Assembly (NCBI GenBank): GCA_044236265.1
Contig: JBIIGV010000233.1
Span: forward strand, 5,889 to 69,888
Length of the DNA stretch: 64,000 nucleotides
Source: Oligoflexales bacterium
Lineage (GTDB): Bacteria > Bdellovibrionota_B > Oligoflexia > Oligoflexales > RGVZ01
Reading direction: 5' to 3'
Shown: one piece after another, positions 63,801 to 64,000 of the stretch
Position numbering within the stretch: position 1 is the stretch's first letter
Layout: each line of letters opens with the position of its first letter
Notes under the pieces: generated by a model
Seen by the model: the letters and a program-made list of their open reading frames with translations, nothing else
Told to the model about the DNA's origin: nothing
Database searches by the model: none
Made by a program: the position numbers and the translations under genes

Positions 63801-64000
63801 TCGAGAACGATCACCACGAGCAACCTGACATCAGATACGGCGATATCGATCTACGCTATGGCAGTGGATGCTGTTAATAACGCCTCTGGTTGCGAAATCA
63901 TGACGTCATATACCTATGACAGTATTGCACCAGCAATCAGTAGCTTCTCAGTCAAGGTTCCACAGGTTGCTGTGACAAACTCTGTACCAGTGAACTTTAC
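27831..64000 (+). CDS. Giant repetitive surface lipoprotein (Ig/cadherin-like adhesin-type), 5' complete and 3' end beyond the window; at least 12,056 codons
   Basis: An in-frame TGA lies at 27807-27809 and the ATG at 27831. I translated 27831 to about 35230 by hand without meeting a stop. Fifteen junction codons between 30717 and 62304, and the final codons (63960 onward, PQVAVTNSVPVNF), are all in the same frame (coordinate mod 3 = 0). The ORF track lists no + strand ORF in this frame after 27691, which is expected only if the frame never meets a stop. The N-terminus MFLKRLKFMAQFKAGQALLSIVIFSFLLSC-ES is a signal peptide plus lipobox, with the Cys30 codon at 27918-27920. Confidence 0.9.
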   Translation, partial: MFLKRLKFMAQFKAGQALLSIVIFSFLLSCESNFSGKVLNSNRKNNPFATANLLEGQVAFKTTKLSTKARGTRLSGEACTDQATVYLTHFATYQDSLVIEVRKRILSVKADSDGRFKFTNLKEQGVNLQSKNDIYKVEAERCSDYYSRVVTGAQEQNLSAAGTAFDFTLDKTVIKASLGSDDFYAKLEDLDKLYSLADTRNSVEGVLETLRTSRETQKSYSNIFGAEDVTLQNIEPRIVIESVPLKIPATILTRFEVLAVYYSAEFNVDYRWKLDGEVVSTDPGFSWRPTSTQLGLHTIELSVGVRSQFNLDAYLNSKIMNYSINVVEATSDPRTPVVSSFALANAAAGGFINNAHASDAEAVASLVATNYDQASYAIVAPNVTCNESTSFPLASIPTFGSFTVDGSYKVCAKVSRSDGGTVYVATQTLQRDVVIPSVSFVDVLPKAGSTNPKPTIKGTASEASLVSLYYDASCSSAKSSATANTVFASPGMTVASDVNLNNTTTIYAQAVDPAGNPSPCSLMLTYTHDDVTPIVKNIKANVADNGYKAGDVIPIEVEFSEPVKVTGVPTLTLETGSSDVVVNYTSGSDTKFLIFNFTVGSNQTAADLDYISATALSASGGSIQDQVQTDAVLTLPAPGAAGSLSANSNILIDTTIPVVTYASISPSSPGTSLTPAVSMSLSENATVTLYGNSSCSDAISSATALSGTGLQVITTNTLAANAATTIFARAVDGVTNQSVCHSMIVYTHDNIAPTVASFARSSGQNSFTNSVPINFGVQFSEVIDPSTFTASDISNTGTATDIVWTVTDSGDHRNFVVAATQSGNGTLKPSFAATAVSDPAGNAIQSISTSSNDVAYSIALFTVTLNQTAGQVDPANSLPISFTAVFSDEVGTGQFVAQDIVQQGTASGITWNLATTDNITWTITATAITGQGTVVPHIPQDAVLDRYGNKNGASTHTDNSVVYDITAPTITFTNLTPANPSSELRPTLKGTVSEASIVTLYFDSSCSAAKSDAVANTVLPMPGLAPNIDVAADTMTPIYARAIDPAGNISVCTLMVNYNHDGTPPFVVSVGSTKADGFYKAGTVIPIAVNFSENVFVVGTPQITLETGSTDRVVNYSSGSGTPTLVFNYTVQAGDTAADLDYLDTSAFALNGSTIKDWVDNDAVMTLPSTGSATSIAGQKSIVIDTAVPAVSFVSISPVSPGMSRTPSVTVNVSENASGIALFSNPTCGSAISASIAGSSGNNTVVTNTLTADALTPIYAQVTDLAGNVSSCANMTGYQHDGTPAVVTSVSSSLANGTYGVGQVIPIEVSFSEVVYVNGTPFLTLETGATDAVANYASGSGTNKLTFNYTVVAGENTLDLELTSLSAINLNSGTIKDLAGNDSTVTVTPLAGGSSLSGQKAIVVDTTGPTLTYASVSPVPPATSRTPAVTMSLSEPAAVTLYSDSDCSAAISSSVSFAAGVGRTITTNTLTANATTPIFAKGIDAVNNASACTSMIVYTHDDTPPVVMSFARASSQIAQTNSVPINFTLTFSEPINPSSLTAGDISNIGNATGVTWSISNSGDNATFTVSAIAASNGTLQPRLAAASIADHAGNTNVAGADSPNNVGYFVAVLTVTMNQAAGQGDPVNGLPISYNVVFSGAVGANSFTTGDIVQNGTAGGITWTLSTTDNISWLLRATAIATPGTVIPSIAASSVIDEFQNQNAASTSTDNTVVYDITPPTLSFSSLTPSNPSQSMTPTIIGTASEPSTVTLYYDSGCSVAKSATVPNTSFASPGITPTGNVAADTATVIYGMATDTAGNISACTSLVSYVHDGTGPSVTSVTSTLADGPYKAGQVVPVFVNFNENVNLAGTLQLALETGAIDAVLNYVSGSGTSSLRFNYTVVAGDTSLDLDYVSSASLALLTGTLRDAVGNDAVLTLPAPGASGSMGANKALIIDTTAPTMTFSNTLPVSPGNTQTPQVTFTISENVPTVRLFTDNACSVGAAPASTGLMGSNTVTTSALPANTGTSLYVRSTDAAGNVSSCTLLTTYTHDGIPATVTNVSSSSTNGTYGVGNTVAIVVTFSEIVNVTGAPQLTLETGAIDGVANYVSGSGTTALTFNYVVSAGESSLDLDYGSTTALGLNGGTIRDRAVNNADLTLPAVGGASAIAAQKGIIIDTTAPTITYSSISPVPPSASMSAFVTLQVSEASTVTLYSNPGCSAAISSAKAMISGGDQMISTVNLPTNTSTTIYARAVDPVNNVSECTNMVVYTHDNIAPQVDSFTRAATQASYTNSLPMNFTLTFSEPIIPETLTGSDFVNMGTATAVTWGVADSGDHRTFTVSATASGNGTLRPRLASGAITDLAGIGNPLNATSDNSVNYSIAAFTVTVNQAPGQGDPVNSLPINFRVVFSGAVGSNSFTASDVVQNGSAEGVTWNLSTTDNITWTVSATAVNIQGTVIPFISPNTVLDEFGNNNAASTSTDSSVVYDIAAPVLTFASVTPSNPAATRTPTVLGTSSEPSTVTLYYDSDCSTAKSSAASNTVFASPGIALTSNVDADVTTTIYGRAVDVAGNVSICTSLVGYQHDGTSPTVTNVTSTLANGPYKAGQLIPIQVTFSEPVFVTGAMQLTLETGLSDAVVAYTVGSGTSTLTFNYTVAAGNTAADLDYVGTSALALISGTIKDSVGNDANLALPSPGSSGSLGANKSLWIDTTAPVLAFTSINPVSPGISQNPQVTFTVSELVPTLRLYTDAICSAAISGWNTGSAGANTIATSTLAGNVATSIFAQGTDPAGNTSNCTSLTTYLNDGLAPTVTGVTSTAADGTYGGGQVVPIKVDLSEVVFVTGTPQLTLETGASDAVVNYSSGSGTTSLIFNYTIVPGHDSVDLNYASMSALVANGGSIKDLAGNDANLALAALDAASSLASQKAIVIDTTVPVMSYVSISPVPPAQSQTPTVTFSLSEPSTVTLYRESGCSTAISSAIPLAAGPAQSITTNTLTSNAATTIFAKAIDTVTNPSECTQLVVYSHDNTSPAVSSFARNATQPAMTNSLPINFTITFSEPINPSSFVSTDLSNGGTATGVTWFINNTGDNQSFTVSVTNSGNGTIIPRLASGSIADIAGNTNSGITSASNSVNYSVAPYTVSVNQAPTQIDPVNTLPVNFRVVFSSAVGNNTFTPADIVQNGTATGITWSLSTTDNITWTVAATAISGGSGTVIPSIAENTVTDEFGNINGASTSTDNTVIYDVTPPVVTYSSLAPANPSSELRPSFLGSVSEISTVTLYYDGSCANARSATVPNTQFASPGITVNSNVTANNSTIIYAKAVDTANNESACTSLVSYLHDSIGPSVVSVSANIADGSYKAGMVLPITVTFTENVYVNGTLQITLETGTFDAVVNNSSGSGTDTLVFNYVVAPGEVTPDLEYSGSAALALISGTIKDAVGNNAVLTLPATGASGSLGLNKSIIIDTTAPTLTYTNIFPASPGNTQTPQVSLDLTEPVTVLRLYSDASCTAAISPASTGTIGPNTVTTNTLTANASTTIYGQGTDAAGNVSLCTLLTSYQHDGISPTVTSVSSSSANGSYGVGQTVAVTVVFSEPVLVSGTPQITLETGSSDAVVNMTTGTGTNTLTFNYTVRAGDTTGDLDYLSNAALALNGGIIKDPAENLAVLALPNTGGATSIAGQKNIVIDTTAPVITYQSVSPSSPAMSQTPTLTVTMSETATVTLYSNGSCSSAVSTPTVLNGGVGRTISTNALPANTTTTLYAKAVDPVNNVSSCSVMVVYTHDITSPTVSSFTRSAGQLASTNSVPVNFTLTFSEPINPNSFTAADISNFGTSTGVLWTVTNTGDNTSFIVAATVASNGTLQPRLASGGVTDVAGNSNFGNVNSSNTVNYFVAAYTVMVNQNDGQAESTNALPINFTVVFSGAVGNNTFDTSDIVQNGTASGITWSLSSSDGITWNLSATSILGDGTVIPSVAANTVVDEFGNNNGASTSSDNSVNYDVTLPIVAFSSVSPSNPAATLKPTIRGTVTESSTVALYYDSGCSTAKSSAMSNTVFASPGITVTGNVNANTTTAIYAKAVDAVGNVSSCTYLTTYNHDGIGPVVTGVNATMSDANYKAGQTIPITVTFNELVFVTGTPQITLETGSADAIVNYTSGSGTNTLTFNYIVFAGDTSADLDYISTTALTFNAGTIKDGVGNSATLTLAAPGSSGSLGANRAIIIDTTAPVITYNSIAPTSPGISLAPQLTLTLSEAVTAFRFYSDPVCSSPISSSASMGSGSNTRATDTLAANVVTTIYGQSVDQAGNTSLCTMLTSYRHDDVGPTVSSVTSTANNATYGVGAVIPVTVTFTEPVFVTGTPQITLETGVTDAVVNYSSGSGTSTLRFNYTVALGQNTGDLEYVGTSSLSLNSGSILDTAGNAVDLALPALGSAGSIAGQKNIVVDTTAPTLTYESIAPVSPGMSQMPIVTVALSEPANVTLYSDHTCSAAISGSTSLSSGSGQAITTFTLTSNTTTDIYGKAVDPVSNASSCLNLVVYTHDNVAPSVASFVRAAGQPSFTNSIPINFTMTLNEPVDVSTITASDISNTGTATGITWSVTSVSNTVFTVSATSSGTGTLIPRLANGSFQDVAGNVSISQFTASESVNYTASPFTVTINQASSQGDPSATDPVNFTVVFSRAVGSGSFTAADIVQNGSLGSITWTLTTSDDITWNLAASGMAATGTLIPSIASGTVVDLYGNSNAASTSTDNTVNFDITPPTLAFASLSPSNPAATLRPTIRGTASKASTVTLYYDVSCSTAKSAGASNTSFATPGITPTANVNSNTTTIIYAKAVDSLGNASSCTSLVTYSHDGVSPTVTGVSSTLANGPYKAGQLIPITISFTEVVTVTGTPSLTLETGAADSVVNYSSGSGTNTLTFNYTVFNGDTAADLDYVSSAALALNNGSIKDPVGNDATLTLPAPGALNSLGSNKNLVIDTTAPALTYTSILPVPPSSSSTPQVSLSSNEAATNLQLYSNSSCSTAISSPASGTVGGNVISSTGVNLNAPTTVYAQATDSAGNISTCTLMTTYVHDDVPPTITSVSSSSGNGTYRVGQSLAITATFSDPVTVSGVPQLAMETGAVDTVANYSSGSGSSTLTFTYTIALNDTSSDLDYAGTSALALNGGSIIDAAGNNAALTLPAPAGTGSLGAQKALVIQTAPPVLSYTSIAPTSPGTSRQPVVTLSVNEAATVTLYSDSGCGTAISTGTAISTGAGQTITAYTLPSNTGTSIYGKAVAAYGNTSACTNLVVYTHDNIAPTVTSFVKAAGQNSFTNSIPLNFTLTFSEPINASSFTVNDLMNIGTATGVSWEIVPVSSTVYTVSVTSAGNGSVTPQLVSGTVTDPAGNATANNYDSADTVNYTAAAFTVSVNQASGQADPVNVLPVSYTVVFSGAVGSSSFDVSDVTQAGTASGVTWGLSTADNITWTLTATAASSSGTIIPSIAADRVVDAFGNNNSAATSTDKTVTYDITSPTVTFASLSPANPSSSLTPTIRGTVSEASTVTLYYDVNCSTGKSAATASTAFASPGIVVNANVNSNTSTAIYAKAVDNVGNESSCTSLVSYTHDGVSPTITNVTSGLADGTYKAGQVVPVSLTFSEAVTVTGTPKISLETGATDAVVAYSSGSGTNTLTFNYTVFSGDVSADLDYISTTALALDGGTIRDHVGNNAVVTLPAPGTSGSLAANKALVVDTAPPSVTFTSISPVSPGSSRTPQLVVNTSEAMSDIQIYTDASCTTSVSSSQSAGVGSKSITTSPLPANAQSSLYAYGLDIAGNPSACTLMTSYLHDDLGATIAFVTSTSSNGTYGVGNQIVITVRFSEAVYVTGVPQLTLETGASDAVVNYASGSGTNTLSFNYNVLSGQSSVDLDYQSTTSLSLNSGTIKDVSGNNATLTLPTPGDSNSLAGQKDIVIDNTAPTITYTSISPPSPGISQTPTVTMDLSESATVTLYSDNTCTAAISNATLLSGGAGQTVTTISLTPNATTTIYAKGLDAVSNASTCTNLVSYVHDNTPPLASTFARASGQPALTNSLPINFTVAFNEPIAASSFTSADISNGGTATGTTWTVTAVSSNTYTIAATTANNGTLIPRIALGGVTDIAGNATTSMNNSSETVNYSTAALSVVINQAAGQADPVASGPITFTVQFSNPVNPGTFTAADIVQNGTATGISWALTTTDDTTWNLTASGMAGSGTVIPSIADTTVVDVFGNNNAASTSTDNTVTYDITAPSLTFSSLSPSNPGSTLTPSVRGTASKASTVTLYFDSLCSTSKSAATASTAFSSPGITLTGLVNSNTTTTIYAMAVDALGNASGCTQMVVYTHDGAPPTVTSISSTLADGYYMAGQLIPITVTFSENVTVTGTPNLALETGSTDATINYTSGSGSNVLTFNYTVAAGDTSSDLDFVGSSSLVLNGGTIRDVIGNNAILTLPAPGTAGSLAANKALVVDTAAPSLTYTSINPVSPNSSQTPQVTLVLSEAAQNVQLYSNPVCNNAISSSSVGSVGTNVITTTTLLSNATTSIFAKMTDLAGNDSFCVSMTNYANDMTAPGVSSVTSTSTNGTYVVGQTIPVSITFSENVYVTGTPQLTMETGATDTVADYASGSGTNTLVFNYVIALNDASLDLDYHSAGALGANGGTIKDLAGNNAVLTLASPGAASSLGANKAIVIQTTLPTISSASISPASPGSTRTPTVSMTLSDASTVTLYSNSDCSTAISAAKSLVAGSGQTVTTYTLASNVATQIYGKAVAAFGNTSVCTSLISYTHDDVAPFVSSFVRASGQNAFTNSTPVNFTLTLSESINVSTLTAVDISNAGTATNVVWSVASVSSSVFTISANSSDNGTIIPRLAANAVADPAGNTNVAQASATDTVSYTAATYTVTLNQATGQSDPINALPVNFTVVFSSAVGSSSFDVSDITQTGTASGITWTLASADQITWTLSVTAVTTPGSIVPMIASNRVVDEFGNQNGQSASTDNSVVYDTAAPVVTFSSVTPANPSSSLNPRFFGSVSEASVVTLYYDVSCTTAKSSATANTVFASPGILVTGAVNANTTTTVFAKAVDTAGNASVCTNIVTYTHDGIGPTVTDVTTGLANGSYKAGQAVPISVTFSEVVTVTGTPNLTLETGATDAVLAYSSGSGSNTITFNYTVFAGDTSADLDYVATTSLVANGGTIKDAVGNDATLTLPAPGAAGSLGGNKGVIIDTTAPSVSYTSISPVSPGATRTPQVTISLSEAASSVELFSDAGCSASVSAAAAAAAGSNTITTTNLTANGSTSLFAKMTDIAGNASSCSLMTSYTHDGNDPTVTVVSSTKADGTYGTGTLIPITVTFSENVYVTGTPRITLETGATDALVDYTSGSGTTTLTFNYTVGAGEASADLDYESTGALVLNSGTIKDLSGNNANLALPALASASSLAGQKAIVLDQTAPTITFTSINPVSPGMSQTPTLTLSLSEAATVTLYTDSGCSAAVSSATSLASGAGQTIATNSLNANVSTSLWAKGVDLVGNVGSCSSMVTYIHDSAAPTVSTFARAGGSPTNSLPVNFTLTFNEPINPASLTSADFTNAGTATGVAWSVTNSGDSTTFTVAATVSGNGTLQPRLASGGMTDVAGNANASAVTASNSVSYSVAAFSVAINQAAGQSDPVRTLPITFTAVFSDAVNPTTFDASDIVQNGTAGGITWNLSSTDNITWTITASGLGASGSVIPSIASSTVKDTFGNDNAASASTDNTVSYDITVPTFSSITVSPANPAATLTPTVLGVVSKASTVTLYYDSSCTTAKATPAANTVFATPGITVTGNVNPNTTTVIYGQAVDALGNTSLCTNLVTYTHDGAAPTVSGVSANLANGPYKAGQVVPVEVTFSENVTVTGVPQITLETGATDAVVTYTSGSGTNKLTFNYTVFAGDTSADLDYVATTSLALNGGTIKDSVGNNATLTLPAPGASGSLGASKDLVIDTTSPTLAYTSITPVSPGTTRTPQVALTISEGVTNIQLYSNALCNAAVSSAAAGTSGANTITTNNLTADNSTLIFAQATDAAGNASACTSMTSYTHDGTAPTITGVSSTSANGTYRVGQTIPVTVTFAENVYVTGTPSLLMETGSTDTAASYVSGSGTSTLTFNYVVALTDQSSDLDYQSAAALTVAGATIQDLAGNNATLTLAAPGATNSLADQKAIVIQTTKPTIAYTSISPASPGTSRTPTVSMTLSEAATVTLYTDNTCNTAKSAATALSAGAGQTVTSYTLTANAATDLYAQAVGAFGNTSLCTMLVSYTHDSIAPTVTSFVRASGQAAFTNSVPVNFTMTFSEAIDPALFTANDISNSGTANGVTWTVTNSGNNTTFTIAATSSGNGTLIPRLGVTGIADPAGNTNGSPYDTTQNVSYTAATFTVTVNQASGQADPVKTLPAQYTVVFSSAVGNSSFDVIDVSNSGTATGVVWGLATSDNITWTLTATSASSDGTIIPVIAQNTVQDEFGNQNGAATATDRSITFDSAAPTFSGPYTVSPANPSSSLTPTIRGVTSEASTVTMYYDSGCITPKSAGTANTAFVTPGITVNSNVNANGTTTIYAKAQDTAGNESSCTTIVATYTHDSMGPSVTNVTSSQSNGSYKVTAAQIIPISLTFSEAVNVTGTPTLTLETGATDAIATYASGSGTSTLVFNYTVFAGDTSSDLDYAGTAALALSGGTMTDAVGNNATLTLPAPGAAGSLGANKALIIDTTLPTVAFTSISPVSPGASLSPQVTINSSEAGSMELFSTSNCNSSISTAITGSVGANTIATNSLAPNASTSIFAKVTDAAGNASSCTSMTTYLHDGVDPTVTSVSSTAANGSYGTGQTMAITVSFSEVVYVTGTPNLTLETGATDAVINYASGSGTNTLTFNYTVASTHNSLDLDYESTTALLLNGGTIKDVSLNNAVLTLPTVGGVNSIAGQKAIVIDNVVPTITYTSMTPASPAMGLTPTLTMSLSEAATVTLHSDHTCTAPISVDTALSSGAGQTITTQALTANATTSIYAKAIDVVNNPSVCTSLTTYTNDSLAPTVVSFARAAGQGSVTNSVPVNFTITFSEDMSAASFTGADISNTGTATGVTWAVTQVSSTVFTVAASSANNGTLIPRLANASVTDVVGNATTAQADATNSVNLVNGGLTVTVNQASGQADPTNGSTINYTVVFSRAIDPTTFASDDIFQNGTATGLTWTITTSDNITFNLAASGMSATSTVIPSISSTRVKDTFGNDNAASTSTDNTVNYDVTAPTLTFASISPSSPASTLMPMVSGTASKPSTVTLYYDSGCSTAKSSAESNTVFALPGIALTANVSSNTATSIYGKAVDALGNASSCSALTTYTHDGISPTVTNVTAVHADGTFKAGELIPIKVTFSEAVTVTGTPRLTLETGSVDAVVNYTSGSGTAELTFNYTVFAGDTTSDLDYISTSALALNGGTIVDHVGNAASVTLPAVGGVASIAGQKSLVIDTTAPTVAFTSITPVSPSNNLTPAVALTLSETASDVRLYSDSGCSSALSNAANAAAGPYTITTTTLTANQTNNIYARTTDVAGNQSACTLMTNYAHDGVAPTVTSVSASSANGTYHVGQTVAVTVAFSEVVTVSGTPQLTLETGASDAVIDYVSGSGSNTLTFNYTVALSHASPDLDYTSTASLAANGGSVQDGSGNNATLTLPGVGGPNSIAGQKAIVIQTSKPTIAFTSITPSSPGTSQTPTVTMSLSDASTVTLYSDGGCSTAISAPTALSAGAGQSVITQTLAANGQTQIHAQAVAAFSNTSLCTSLVSYTHDNVAPSVTSFARAGGQVEFTNSVPANFSITFSEAINPASLTAADITNAGTAAGVTWTVTNSGNNTTFTVAASTAGNGTIQPRLAIGAVTDPAGNASGSQVDASNSVSYTQATFTVTLNQASGQADPVKTLPVLYTVVFSSPVGASSFTDADIQNQGSGTTVTQWQLETADNVTWTLKAMAVTGNGTIMPVITANSVQDAFGNLNGASTSTDRTVTYDTTAPTLTYVALTPANPSTSLMPTILGTASETSTVTLYYDGGCSTPKSVATANTQFATPGIAVTGNVNSNASTVIYAQAVDTAGNLSSCTSLVTYNHDGVGPTVTNVTSTASDGNYKVTNAQTIPVTVTFSEVVTVTGTPTLTLETGATDAVVSYSTGSGTNTLTFTYTVFAGDTAADLDYVSASSLVFNGGTVKDGVGNNATLTLPSPGAAGSLGANKAIIIDTTAPTIGFAVISPTSPATSQTPTVTVTLSEGLSAVQLFSDSSCTASASVSSNGSAGNKNIVTTTLNANATTSLYAKGTDIAGNVSICASLTSYTHDNAGPTVVSVTSSLANGTYGLGQVVPVAITFSEVVSVTGTPTLTLETGAVDGVASYVSGSGTNTLNFSYTVGAVDGTADLNYASTTALALAGGSILDASTNPADLTLPALANASSLGGQKAIVLDLTAPTITYASIAPTSPGTTATPTITMTLSEAATVTLYSNSGCSASISDAKALVSGVGQTITTNALTANTEISIYAKGIDTVNNASGCASLTTYTYDSVAPAVSSFAVAGGQVAVTNSVPINFTLTFSEAINPSSFTAADISNAGTATGVDWSVTNSGDNTSFTVSATLAGNGTIQPRLATASVADPAGNLNAAVSTATGSVSYSQAAFTVAINQASGQSDPVRTGPITFTAVFSSAVGSSTFSAGDVAQSGTAANVTFAVTSLDDITWTITASGMSGSGTVVPTIASNRVKDLFGNDNAASTSTDNTVSYDVTTPTLTFASVGSGNPGSSLTPTILGTVSKASTVTLYFDSGCSTAKSAPTANTAFASPGITLTGNVNANTSTTIYGKAVDSLGNETCSLLTTYNHDGAGPSVVSVAVNKANGSYKTGEVIPVQITFSEAVTVTGAPQITLETGATDAVVDYTSAASSTVLNFNYTVSPGDTTADLDYASTTALALNSGTIRDAVGNNATLTLPAVGGAASIGGNYAIVIDTTAPSVTYNSITPASPASNLNPQVALTLSEAVANVQLYSNSGCSAAVSTATAGTAGANTITTSALSANTTTNLFAQASDAAGNQSACTSMTAYLHDGVAPTVQSVTATAANGTYRVGQTIPVTVTFSEAVTVSGTPQLTLETGATDAVVNYASGSGTATLTFNYVVGLNDSSADLDYTSTAALALNSGTIADAAANNATLTLPTVGGAGSLGANKALVIQTTPPTVTYNSISPSSPNSSQTPTVTMTLSDAATVTLYSNGGCSTAISAGAALSAGSGQTVTTYTLSPNVTTQIFAQAVAAFGNTSSCTSLVSYTHDNVAPTVSSFVRATSPVQAQFTNSVPVNFKITFSEAINSGSFTASDIINTGTASGVTWTVSNSGDNINFTVAASASGNGTLIPRLAANAVTDSAGNNNGSQYDATESVSYTAALYTVTVNQASGQADPVNSLPVNYTVVFSSAVGSSSFAVGDVTNIGSASGVTWTLTDSGDGITWNLSATATGAGTIIPSIAANTVKDAFGNDNAAATTTDRTVTYDNVVPTFSSISVSPAATSSSLTPTILGTVSESSTVTLYFDSGCTTPKSAAAANTVLASPGVQVTSNVNSNTTTTIYGKAIDAAGNASACATLATYTHDGVGPTVTNVSSTAADGTYKVTAAQTIPVTITFSENVVVTGTPTITLETGSTDAVVSFSSASGNTMTFTYTVFAGDTATDLDYVGTGSLVLAGGTIKDTYGNNATLTLPSPGAASSLAANKAIVIDTAAPMISYTSIAPVSPGSSLTPQISISLSEAVSSVQLFSDGSCSSSASSASTGSAGAKTITTSALTANATTALYAQATDIVGNISSCSLMTSYRHDGAAPTVLSVSSSLANGTYGLGQVIPVTVTFSEVVTVTGTPQLTLETGATDAVVNYVSGSGTAALTFNYTVAVGHGSSDLDYTTNTALAFNGSTIVDGSGNAAVLTLPAPGTGSSLAGQKAIVIDLVAPTIAYSSISPASPGMSQTPTLTITLSEAATVTLYSNNSCTASISAATSLASGSRTITTSNLTSDTAISIYAMAVDAVNNASGCEIMTSYTYDSIAPAISSFSVKVPQVAVTNSVPVNF
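29125..30716 (+). repeat. First, shorter repeat unit of the giant gene (5 modules: A-B-A-C-D, about 530 codons)
   Basis: Translation gives A (VIPSVSFVDVLPKAGSTNPKPTIKGTASEASLVSLYYDASCSS...PCSLMLTYTHDDVTP), B (...YKAGDVIPIEVEFSEPVKVTGVPTLTLETGSSDVVVNYTSGS...ILIDT), A, C (..FTNSVPINFGVQFSEVIDPSTF..WTVTDSGDHRNF..) and D (..FTVTLNQTAGQVDPANSLPISF...SVVYD). Confidence 0.85.
30717..32972 (+). repeat. Super-repeat 1 (752 codons, modules A-B-A-B-A-C-D)
   Basis: Starts YDITAPTITFTNLTPANPSSELRPTLKGT. Approximate module ends are A 31025, B 31388, A 31685, B 32051, A 32345, C 32660 and D 32972. C-module motif WSISNSGDNATF. Confidence 0.85.
32973..35228 (+). repeat. Super-repeat 2 (752 codons)
   Basis: Starts YDITPPTLSFSSLTPSNPSQSMTPTIIGT. 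I translated it fully by hand, and the order is A-B-A-B-A-C-D. C motif WGVADSGDHRTF. Confidence 0.85.
35229..37487 (+). repeat. Super-repeat 3 (753 codons)
   Basis: Starts YDIAAPVLTFASVTPSNPAATRTPTVLGT. C motif WFINNTGDNQSF. Confidence 0.8.
37488..39743 (+). repeat. Super-repeat 4 (752 codons)
   Basis: Starts YDVTPPVVTYSSLAPANPSSELRPSFLGS. C motif WTVTNTGDNTSF. Confidence 0.8.
39744..41996 (+). repeat. Super-repeat 5 (751 codons)
   Basis: Starts YDVTLPIVAFSSVSPSNPAATLKPTIRGT. C motif WSVTSVSNTVF (the V-type variant, one residue shorter). Confidence 0.8.
41997..44249 (+). repeat. Super-repeat 6 (751 codons)
   Basis: Starts FDITPPTLAFASLSPSNPAATLRPTIRGT. C motif WEIVPVSSTVYT (V-type). Confidence 0.8.
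44250..46502 (+). repeat. Super-repeat 7 (751 codons)
   Basis: Starts YDITSPTVTFASLSPANPSSSLTPTIRGT. C motif WTVTAVSSNTYT (V-type). Confidence 0.8.
46503..48755 (+). repeat. Super-repeat 8 (751 codons)
   Basis: Starts YDITAPSLTFSSLSPSNPGSTLTPSVRGT. C motif WSVASVSSSVFT (V-type). Confidence 0.8.
48756..51005 (+). repeat. Super-repeat 9 (750 codons)
   Basis: Starts YDTAAPVVTFSSVTPANPSSSLNPRFFGS. C motif WSVTNSGDSTTF. Confidence 0.8.
51006..53261 (+). repeat. Super-repeat 10 (752 codons)
   Basis: Starts YDITVPTFSSITVSPANPAATLTPTVLGV (the PTFSS junction variant). C motif WTVTNSGNNTTF. Confidence 0.8.
53262..55523 (+). repeat. Super-repeat 11 (754 codons)
   Basis: Starts FDSAAPTFSGPYTVSPANPSSSLTPTIRGV. 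C motif WAVTQVSSTVFT (V-type). Confidence 0.8.
55524..57782 (+). repeat. Super-repeat 12 (753 codons)
   Basis: Starts YDVTAPTLTFASISPSSPASTLMPMVSGT. C motif WTVTNSGNNTTF. Confidence 0.8.
57783..60044 (+). repeat. Super-repeat 13 (754 codons)
   Basis: Starts YDTTAPTLTYVALTPANPSTSLMPTILGT. C motif WSVTNSGDNTSF. Confidence 0.8.
60045..62303 (+). repeat. Super-repeat 14 (753 codons)
   Basis: Starts YDVTTPTLTFASVGSGNPGSSLTPTILGT. C motif WTVSNSGDNINF. Confidence 0.8.
62304..64000 (+). repeat. Super-repeat 15 (partial; A-B-A-B-A and the start of C, cut by the window end)
   Basis: Starts YDNVVPTFSSISVSPAATSSSLTPTILGT. Module ends are marked by IDTAAP at about 62975, YRHDGAAP at about 63270, IDLVAP at about 63640 and YTYDSIAP at about 63935. 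The window ends inside ...VTNSVPVNF of the C module. Confidence 0.8.

Noticed and set aside
29125-64000. The regular repeats could be a CRISPR array or non-coding satellite.
   Set aside because: The period is about 2,256 bp, not 60-75 bp. The copies have diverged, all length differences are multiples of 3, and one frame stays open throughout. These are coding domain repeats.
29125-64000. The array could be an assembly artefact (a repeat collapsed or over-expanded).
   Set aside because: Each unit has its own distinctive junction peptide and many synonymous differences, so an assembler would not confuse them. I cannot exclude a copy-number error without reads, so long-read confirmation is still listed as a check.
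27831-64000. RTX/T1SS-type adhesin (LapA/SiiE/BapA-like) call.
   Set aside because: No GGxGxD nonapeptide repeats appeared in the portions I translated. The N-terminus is a cleavable lipoprotein signal, and no HlyB/HlyD/TolC genes lie within 28 kb upstream. The C-terminus is outside the window, so T1SS cannot be formally excluded, but nothing here supports it.
1-64000. Mobile elements, prophage, integrase or transposase.
   Set aside because: No ORF shows integrase or transposase motifs, no terminal inverted repeats are visible around any block, and there is no tRNA insertion site.
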